A stretch of DNA of 64,000 nt from an uncultured Gammaproteobacteria bacterium (GTDB lineage Bacteria > Pseudomonadota > Gammaproteobacteria > JAGOUU01): NCBI GenBank assembly GCA_964609155.1, contig CAZSRF010000001.1, forward strand, positions 102,617 through 166,616, given 5' to 3'. This document shows positions 57,220 to 64,000 of the stretch, piece after piece. The notes beneath the pieces were generated by a model. That model saw nothing but the letters and a program-made list of their open reading frames with translations, made no database searches and was not told the origin of the DNA. Position numbers and translations under genes: made by a program. Every line of letters starts with the position of its first letter. Positions within the stretch are counted from its first letter, which is position 1.

Positions 57220-58527
57220 TTAATTAATATTAGTTACTGTTGCAGCAGGATTAGTAACATTAACTGTTGTTGCAGCAATCGTAGCCAAAGACTGCATCTC
57301 AGATTCTGCAACCAAATACGCTGCAAAAATATCACTGATCACATTAGTTGCTGTTTGAATCATATCATTAATACGATCAATACCCGCTATTAATGGCAAA
57401 GCAACCAATGGCATCCCCATAGTCGAGATAACTGCACTCATTACTACTATGCCAGAACCAGGAATGGCTCCTGCACCCATGGTAGTCAAGATTACTGTTG
57501 AGATTAAAGTAAAGTAACTTGTAGTAGTTAATGTGATGCCTGTCATATTAGCTGTAAATATTACTGCAGTGGTTAAATAAATAGCTAACCCTGCCAAGTT
57601 AAAATTGCATCCTAAAGGTAACATGAACTTAGCGATTCTTGGGGGTATCTTTAGGCCTTCTTCAGCACATTTTATAGACACAGGTAGAGTTGCACCGCTA
57701 CTTGTAGTACTAATAGCAAAAGTAATAGCTGGTGTGATTTTACGAAAAACATCCAACGCTGATTTCTTTAAATAAACAACAGTAATAGTGCCATATACTA
57801 AAAAAACTAATAGCATACAGGTTAGTAATAACACTCCAATAAATTTTAATAATGGTAACAACGCAGATAAACCAAATAACCCAAATGTCCATGCTATCAA
57901 GGCAAAGACTCCATAAGGCGCAAAGTACATAATTATTTGAGTAAGATGCATTGAAACTTTTGAGATAGAGTTAAACAATAGTACTAATGGCTTACCATGT
58001 TCCCCGGCTAGATTAATAGCAATACCAAATAAAATAGCAAATATAACAATTTGTAGTATATTAGACTCTACAAAAGCAGCAACAGGATTACTCGGGATCA
58101 TTTCAACAAAAATATCCATAATAGCAGGAACATGATCAGCTTTTGGAAGCGTATAAATATTCAATCCACTTTGATTCTGTACATCGGCCAAAGAAATACC
58201 AATACCAGGTTGAAAAAAGTTACTCACTGCAACAGCCAATAAAGTAGCAATCAATAAGAAACTCAAATAAATAACAAAAGCCTTTACCGTCACTCTTTGC
58301 ATTTGTTTCATATCTGTAACAGATGTTACTGCTGTAATAACAGCACTTAAAATAACTGGCACAATGACCATATGAAGGGCATGTAAGAACGCATCACCTA
58401 AGGGTTTCAAAATAACTGTCGATTCACCAAAGGTTACTCCTGTTATGATACCGAGGATTAATCCTAAGATGATTTTTTTCCACATTGGGACATTATTCCA
58501 AGCAATAAATGCGTTACTAATTTTCAT
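57220..58527 (-). CDS. Dicarboxylate/amino acid:cation symporter (second DAACS paralogue)
   Basis: It is polytopic and contains …TTSSGATLP…, …NFNLAGLAIY… and …IDRINDMIQTATNV…. Confidence 0.8.
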   Translation of the reverse strand: MKISNAFIAWNNVPMWKKIILGLILGIITGVTFGESTVILKPLGDAFLHALHMVIVPVILSAVITAVTSVTDMKQMQRVTVKAFVIYLSFLLIATLLAVAVSNFFQPGIGISLADVQNQSGLNIYTLPKADHVPAIMDIFVEMIPSNPVAAFVESNILQIVIFAILFGIAINLAGEHGKPLVLLFNSISKVSMHLTQIIMYFAPYGVFALIAWTFGLFGLSALLPLLKFIGVLLLTCMLLVFLVYGTITVVYLKKSALDVFRKITPAITFAISTTSSGATLPVSIKCAEEGLKIPPRIAKFMLPLGCNFNLAGLAIYLTTAVIFTANMTGITLTTTSYFTLISTVILTTMGAGAIPGSGIVVMSAVISTMGMPLVALPLIAGIDRINDMIQTATNVISDIFAAYLVAESEMQSLATIAATTVNVTNPAATVTNIN

Positions 58528-58640
58528 ACAACGGCCTTTTAGTTAGCATAATAATATAAATCAAGCATATATCTAATCATATTTCTTTCTTAATGTCAAA
58601 TAACCTAATTATTTATCGTTCAACAGTAAGCTAAAATACA

Positions 58641-60956
58641 CTAAGCAACAATTTCGAGTTTGGCAATTTTGGCTATAAGCCATTTTGAACCAATAACCCC
58701 ATTGAATTTTACGTGCACACGAGCTTTATCTCCATGCCCTTCAGCTGCAATAATAACACCCAACCCAAAAGTGCCATGCCTAACAGTCTGCCCTAAATGA
58801 TACTCTGACGAACACTCTGAATTTAAAATAACAGCTTGCTTAGTTTTTACATACGTGTTTTCTTGGTTTTTCTTTCTATAAGCACTTGTCTTCGAAGAGT
58901 TAGAGTTAGAGTTAGAATCAGAATAATTTATAAAAGTTGAAACTCTTTCTTGCTTTAGCAGCTCTTGTGGAAGCTCTTTGAGAAATCTCGATGGTAAATT
59001 GTATCTATCTTCACCACGCATCCTTCTTATTTCACAAAAACTTAAATACAGTTTTTGCATGGCTCGTGTAATCCCGACATAACATAAACGCCGTTCTTCA
59101 CTTAATTGTTTTTCTTCTGCCAAGCACATTTCATGGGGAAATAAACCTTCTTCAAGCCCCACCAAGAATACTGTTTTAAACTCTAAACCTTTTGCAGTAT
59201 GAATGGTCATAAGACTTACATTGTCTTGTATCTGAGAATCCTCACCAGCCTGTATCTCTGACTCTAATACTGTATGTGATAAAAATGCTTGTAATGCTGA
59301 CAGTGGCTGCCCTGACTCGGCAATAAAATCTGGCTCCGATGTGATCATCTCTTGCTCAAAAATAGAACATGCTGTAACTAATTCATCTAAATTTTCTACT
59401 CTATTTTTAACACTGCCTTTTTCTTCTTTAAAATACAGATCGCGCAGACCTGTATCGTTAATAACACGCTTAACTAATTGAGATAAGCTTAACGTAGTTA
59501 TAAGAGCTTTAAACTGCTTGATTAAATTTATAAAATCCAAAACTGAAGATTTTGCTTTATTTTTTAATAAATCTGCACTCACTATCTGCTCAGCAGCATA
59601 CCATAAAGTCAAATTATTATCTTTTGCATATTGACTAATAACATCTAAACTTTGCTTACCAATCCCTCGTGTTGGCCAATTAACAATTCTATCAAAGGAA
59701 GCATCATCAAATGGACTATTAATTAATCGCAAATAAGCCAAAGCATCTTTAATCTCAGCACGTTCAAAAAAACGTTGTCCACCATAAATCTTATAGGGGA
59801 CAGCAGCTCTTAATAAATATTCTTCAAACTGACGCGATTGATGATTAGCACGGTACAATATAGCAATATCATTATAGGCTATGCCAGTACGATGATAATT
59901 TTTAATTTGTTCAACCACATAGCGTGCCTCGTCTATATCATTAAATGCTTGATAAACTGTTATTGGCTCTCCTTGCATGCCAGAAGTCCATAAATCTTTA
60001 CCCATGCGATTTTTATTGTTCGCAATTAAACTATTAGCCGCTTTTAAAATTGTAGCCGTCGATCGATAATTTTGTTCTAGTCTAATGATCCTACTATTTT
60101 GATAGTCTGTACAAAATTTCTTGATATTTTCTACACGTGCCCCGCGCCAACCATAAATAGACTGGTCATCATCACCTACCATAGTGAAGTAATTATCAGC
60201 ATGAAATAATTTTAACCATTGATACTGTAAAGTATTAGTGTCTTGAAACTCATCTACTAAGATATGTTTAAATCTATTTTGATAATACTGGCGTAATTCT
60301 TGATTATTTAATAATAATTCTTTAGTTCGTAAAATTATTTCAGCAAAATCAACTAAACCTAATTGCTGACATTGGTTTTCGTAATGTTTATATATCTCTT
60401 GTAAATATTTTTTATTCCTATCATTAACTTTTTCTAGATCTTTATAACGCAGACCATCATCTTTTTGGTTATTAATATAGTACTGAGTTTGCTTTGGTGG
60501 AAAATCTTTATCGTCTATATAGAGATCTTTTTGTATTTTTTTAATAATACGTTGCTGATCATCACTATCTATAATTTGAAAATTCTGAGGCAATCCTGCT
60601 TGTTGCCAATGGATGCGCAATAGCTTATGAGCTAGACCATGGAACGTTCCTATCCAAAGACTGCGTACAGAGATCCCTAAAAGTTTCTCTATACGTTGTT
60701 GCATTTCTTTTGCAGCTTTATTAGTAAAAGTGACAGCTAATATCGCATGCGGTGACACCCCTTCTGTACGAATCAACCAAGCAATACGATGAACAAGCAC
60801 CCTAGTCTTACCACTTCCAGCACCAGCTAGAATTAATAAATTACTAGGCTCAGCTATCACCGCTTCATATTGAGCAGGGTTTAAGTTATTAGTTATATAA
60901 TTTGAAGTAGAATCATTCATGCGCTGTATTTTGACATATTGCCATTTCAAGCTCAA
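58641..60956 (-). CDS. uvrD: DNA helicase II (UvrD/PcrA family). The likely start is the internal Met at ~60920.
   Basis: The motifs are LNPAQYEAV, AGAGSGKT, VDEFQDTN, NYRS, TIHTAKGLEF and VGITRA, plus the C-terminal GxxVxHxxFGxGxV domain. Confidence 0.9.
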   Translation of the reverse strand: MSLKWQYVKIQRMNDSTSNYITNNLNPAQYEAVIAEPSNLLILAGAGSGKTRVLVHRIAWLIRTEGVSPHAILAVTFTNKAAKEMQQRIEKLLGISVRSLWIGTFHGLAHKLLRIHWQQAGLPQNFQIIDSDDQQRIIKKIQKDLYIDDKDFPPKQTQYYINNQKDDGLRYKDLEKVNDRNKKYLQEIYKHYENQCQQLGLVDFAEIILRTKELLLNNQELRQYYQNRFKHILVDEFQDTNTLQYQWLKLFHADNYFTMVGDDDQSIYGWRGARVENIKKFCTDYQNSRIIRLEQNYRSTATILKAANSLIANNKNRMGKDLWTSGMQGEPITVYQAFNDIDEARYVVEQIKNYHRTGIAYNDIAILYRANHQSRQFEEYLLRAAVPYKIYGGQRFFERAEIKDALAYLRLINSPFDDASFDRIVNWPTRGIGKQSLDVISQYAKDNNLTLWYAAEQIVSADLLKNKAKSSVLDFINLIKQFKALITTLSLSQLVKRVINDTGLRDLYFKEEKGSVKNRVENLDELVTACSIFEQEMITSEPDFIAESGQPLSALQAFLSHTVLESEIQAGEDSQIQDNVSLMTIHTAKGLEFKTVFLVGLEEGLFPHEMCLAEEKQLSEERRLCYVGITRAMQKLYLSFCEIRRMRGEDRYNLPSRFLKELPQELLKQERVSTFINYSDSNSNSNSSKTSAYRKKNQENTYVKTKQAVILNSECSSEYHLGQTVRHGTFGLGVIIAAEGHGDKARVHVKFNGVIGSKWLIAKIAKLEIVA

Positions 60957-61033
60957 ATGTTCTTATTAAAATTACACTAAAATATTAAAAATAACTTAAA
61001 TAGCAGCAGCTAGTCTATATAATCATAACACCT

Positions 61034-61600
61034 CTACAAATGCGCCAGTGTTTGCTTAGTCTTCTGGATTGTTATTACAAAAGAGTCCTTCGTTATTTTA
61101 GTTTCTATACTATCCGGATTAACTCTTTCTGGTAAAGTGATACTTTTAGTAAAACTGCTTGTATATAGGATTGCTTGTTTGCCTGTCTTACTTGTCGTTT
61201 CTCGTTGTTCTGTTACCTTACCGGAAACAACTAACATTCTTTCACCATCCATTCTAGCATTAATACTATTATGTTGACTTTTAGTTGACGGATGCATCGG
61301 TAAAGTAATCACAAATTTATCAGCTTCATTTTTTAGATCTAAATCAACAGCTGTAGTTTTTGTTAAATCATCATGAAAACCAAACCTATTTACTGTCTGA
61401 GTAAATAGATCATCCATATGTTGTTTGATCTTAGCAAAGTCAAAAAAAGGATCTACTGAATCGCCAGCATTGAGACCACTTACGCTGCTACTATTACTTG
61501 TACTATCCGGTAATTTAACTGTTTGTGTTTTAGCATTAATATTCTGTGTAAATAATAATATAATTATATTCAGTAAAAAAGCTAAGGGAAGTTTATACAT
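61034..61600 (-). CDS. Hsp20/alpha-crystallin-domain protein with an N-terminal signal peptide
   Basis: The signal-like N-terminus is MYKLPLAFLLNIIILLFTQNINA|K. The ACD pattern is AVDLDLKNEADKFVITLP…ERMLVVSGKV…SSFTKSITLPERVNPDSIETKITKDSFVITIQK. Confidence 0.65.
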   Translation of the reverse strand: MYKLPLAFLLNIIILLFTQNINAKTQTVKLPDSTSNSSSVSGLNAGDSVDPFFDFAKIKQHMDDLFTQTVNRFGFHDDLTKTTAVDLDLKNEADKFVITLPMHPSTKSQHNSINARMDGERMLVVSGKVTEQRETTSKTGKQAILYTSSFTKSITLPERVNPDSIETKITKDSFVITIQKTKQTLAHL

Positions 61601-61843
61601 AATTACTCCTTAATTTTATTGTTATACAGATCACGATGTAAGGCACTAATGGCCTTTTATTTTACTTTAATACTTATCTACTCAATTATGGCCAAGTTAG
61701 AGAAATTCAAGTCATAATCTAAATATTAATTTTACAAGGCACATGTAACCCATTGATTTTAGCTAGAACGATAAATACACTTCTTGACAAGTAAGTCTTT
61801 TAAATACATTATGATAACTTAATGTTTAGACCATTACAGCAAT

Positions 61844-62800
61844 ATGTCTTATCTATCATTCTCGCCAATATCGACTTTTGTTTATAGTTTTTTGTTTTTC
61901 TTAGCACTTATTTTTTTTAACACGGGCTTCGCCCAACCTAACAAACCACCTATTAACCCTATACAGCAGCTTTATATTTTTGGTGATAGCATGTCCGATA
62001 ATGGACATGACAATAAGCGTAATGATGAACGATATAACATTGGAGAAGATGGAGTTCTTCATTTTGCGATGCCCGCACCATATTTTGAAGGCCGATTTAC
62101 TAATGGCAAAGTATGGCCTGAGCTATTGAGTGAAAAAATGCATTTATCTTCAGAAAACGTTTTTAACTATGCTTACGGTGGCGCAACAGTACAAAAAGAT
62201 ATTTATCCTGTACCTAATCTTGATATGCAAATACATTACAGCACGACAAGAGAAGCACATAATAATCCAGCTAGTCTTTACATAATATGGATAGGTGCTA
62301 ATGACTTACTAACCTATTGTAACTCAGATAACAATATAAAAAATAACGATGATATATTTATCCATGATCTCAATACTAATATTGAAAAAAATATTAGAAA
62401 ATTAATAACCCGTGGCGCCAAACAATTCTTGATAGCAGAACAAATTGATTTATCGCTGAACCCGCAAAGCATGGAGAAAAACAAAACTCACAAAGGATAT
62501 GCACAAAAGTTACAGAACATCGTTAACCTATATAACAATGCTAACCATAATTTAATTATTAAATTAAGTCAAGAATTCCCAAATCTAACATTTTATAATT
62601 TTAATTTTTCTCACTTATTTCCAGCAAGCAACGAATTAGCTCAAGCTCACGGTTTTAACTACTTACAAGAAGCCTGCCTGAATCACCTCAATGTTTGCGA
62701 AAATCCTAATGAATATATATTTTGGGATAACTTGCATCCTACTACAAAGGTACACTCAATACTTGCAGAAGAAATTTTTCGTTTGATAAGTAATAACTAG
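61844..62800 (+). CDS. Secreted GDSL/SGNH lipase-acyltransferase (PlaA/PlaC-like)
   Basis: It has a signal peptide. The SGNH blocks are block I IFGDSMSDNG, block II YGGAT, block III GANDL and block V WDNLHPT. Confidence 0.8.
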   Translation: MSYLSFSPISTFVYSFLFFLALIFFNTGFAQPNKPPINPIQQLYIFGDSMSDNGHDNKRNDERYNIGEDGVLHFAMPAPYFEGRFTNGKVWPELLSEKMHLSSENVFNYAYGGATVQKDIYPVPNLDMQIHYSTTREAHNNPASLYIIWIGANDLLTYCNSDNNIKNNDDIFIHDLNTNIEKNIRKLITRGAKQFLIAEQIDLSLNPQSMEKNKTHKGYAQKLQNIVNLYNNANHNLIIKLSQEFPNLTFYNFNFSHLFPASNELAQAHGFNYLQEACLNHLNVCENPNEYIFWDNLHPTTKVHSILAEEIFRLISNN

Positions 62801-62945
62801 ATTTGCTCTATAGTCACAGAATATCATATCAAAAAGTTCCAACAAGACTTATGCAAAATGATTGTAAGTTTTACAAACTTTTCTTGTAATTTCTAGAATA
62901 TAATTTATAGTAGTCAGAATTGTTTTTAAACTATTTGAGCAAACC

Positions 62946-63431
62946 GTGAGCTTTACAGAATTACAAATAGCTAAAGAATACATATATTCTGCTAACTTAC
63001 AACCTGTATTAGATAGATTAATATATGTAGATGGCTGGCAAAAAAAAGATACCTTGGCAGCCTGTGCTCAATATCGTAACTACCTATTTTTGAAAAGAAA
63101 ATATCCTAATTTAGAACTACCCCCTTCAAAAGATATCGATGCAGTCTGGCATGCACATATTTTACATAGCAAAAACTATCTTGAGTTTTGCATGCAAGTA
63201 TTTGGTTATTTTTTACATCACGTCCCTGGGGATCCTAATAATCAAGCTGAGAAAACATTGCTGACTCATTCTTTTGAGAAGAATACTCAAGAAATGCACT
63301 TTAAAGAGTTTGGTGACTATATTTATGAAGTAAGATTACCCTCGTTAAGCGAGTTTTTAAAAGATTTTACCAGTTTTTTGTTCGCTAAATTTAAGCAATT
63401 AATACTGGTAAAATTCTCAATTAACACCTAA
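62946..63431 (+). CDS. Hypothetical protein with a GRDP/DUF1399-like motif (GTG start)
   Basis: The block DIDAVWHAHILHSKNYLEFC resembles the D(I/V)DL(I/V)WHTHQLHP..Y signature of glycine-rich-domain-protein-like families. Confidence 0.5.
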   Translation: MSFTELQIAKEYIYSANLQPVLDRLIYVDGWQKKDTLAACAQYRNYLFLKRKYPNLELPPSKDIDAVWHAHILHSKNYLEFCMQVFGYFLHHVPGDPNNQAEKTLLTHSFEKNTQEMHFKEFGDYIYEVRLPSLSEFLKDFTSFLFAKFKQLILVKFSINT

Positions 63432-63435
63432 ACAA

Positions 63436-64000
63436 TTATTTTTTTTGTTTTGCAAAATCTCTCATCTCTTCAGAGATATTTTTTGCATAGGAGATAAAGT
63501 ATTCTTCTGTGCTTTTATTTACAGAGCTGATTAATTTTTGAATACTAGTGTTTTTTTCATGTGCTTCAATATACTCTAAAAAATCTTTATCTGAGAAATT
63601 TTTATACACAAATATATACGCTAAGGCCATTTGTTGTTCAAAGGTTTCATTCATGACACCTTCAAAGCCTTTTGCTGTTTCTTCAATTTCTTTCTTACTA
63701 AGTTTATTATCTATTTGATTAAAAGCTGTTAACATTGTTCTAAACATATTTTTGGTCATAAAAGACATACTTTCAGATGACTTTGTCGCTCTATCTAAAC
63801 GTTTAGCTAACTTTAACCTTTCAGCAGAAGGAGGATTAGCGCCTATTCTGGCTGCATAAACCGCAAAATCTTGCGCACCCTCTGGGGTTGATAGAGCCCG
63901 CTCTGCTTCCGTAAATTTGCTAAACAAAGGAGACTTATAATTAGCTAATAAACCATCAACTTCTTCTACACTAAGATCTTTACTGAGCTTGCTTTGAACA
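63436..64000 (-). CDS. Hypothetical protein, possibly DUF2059-like. The ORF stays open to the right window edge, so it is partial.
   Basis: My translation upstream of the track's TTG start continues without a stop (VQSKLSKDLSVEEVDGLLANYKSPLFSKFTEAE…). The …L..(F/Y)..SP…K(F/L) pattern recalls DUF2059. Confidence 0.4.
   Translation of the reverse strand, partial: VQSKLSKDLSVEEVDGLLANYKSPLFSKFTEAERALSTPEGAQDFAVYAARIGANPPSAERLKLAKRLDRATKSSESMSFMTKNMFRTMLTAFNQIDNKLSKKEIEETAKGFEGVMNETFEQQMALAYIFVYKNFSDKDFLEYIEAHEKNTSIQKLISSVNKSTEEYFISYAKNISEEMRDFAKQKK

Noticed and set aside
58895-58920. A gagtta hexanucleotide repeat (SNSNSNS) in the uvrD C-terminal linker. A similar STNLSTNLS duplication occurs in the dotC tail (~560-600).
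   Set aside because: These are very short in-frame low-complexity repeats in linker regions. They are noted but are unlikely to be functionally significant.
60921-61033. LexA/SOS box upstream of uvrD
   Set aside because: No CTGT-N8-ACAG palindrome is present. The closest match is ATGT-N6-ACAG, which has the wrong spacing.

Overview
This is an AT-rich gammaproteobacterial chromosome segment. Gene content points to an intracellular Legionellales-type organism (Legionella/Coxiella/Rickettsiella-like); I cannot assign a genus from sequence alone.

Bases 1-17.2 kb hold a compact, re-ordered part of a Dot/Icm type IVB secretion locus:
- Minus strand: dotB (5' part only), dotC, dotD.
- Plus strand, divergent: icmS, an SLT-domain lytic transglycosylase, icmP/dotM, icmO/dotL and a membrane ORF.
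- Minus strand, convergent: a tightly packed seven-gene run. In order it is icmW, a Thr/Gly-repeat secreted ORF, a PAN/apple-domain IcmX-like ORF, a 485-aa polytopic membrane ORF, icmV, dotA and a cytochrome P450.

The most interesting content is the set of non-canonical genes interleaved with the core dot/icm genes: the lytic transglycosylase, the P450, the polytopic membrane protein, the PAN-domain fusion, the mucin-like repeat protein and the Pro-rich membrane ORF.

The remaining ~47 kb is mostly housekeeping:
- Biosynthesis and core functions: lptM-lysA-dapF, sugE, rbsK, trxA, rho, def, a yrfG-like/nudE-like/cysQ operon, yhhQ, epmA, comF, bioBFHCD, beta-carbonic anhydrase, cca and uvrD.
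- Transport: several amino-acid, peptide and MFS transporters.
- Orphan or eukaryote-like secreted proteins that are plausible effector candidates: a Cys-rich secreted protein, a GHSRG hydrolase, an 848-aa AT-rich orphan, a GC-richer 352-aa orphan, a Sel1-SPOR lipoprotein, a GDSL lipase and an exported Hsp20.

Other elements:
- A decayed IS200/IS605 element with a frameshifted tnpA and an internally deleted tnpB.
- A ~130-bp repeat present as an inverted pair bracketing rbsK, plus a partial third copy.
- A GC-rich structured intergenic segment containing a 38-nt palindrome.
- A bioO-like operator upstream of bioB.

I recognised no rRNA, tRNA or CRISPR array. All homology statements rest on motif recognition and remembered reference sequences, not on database searches.
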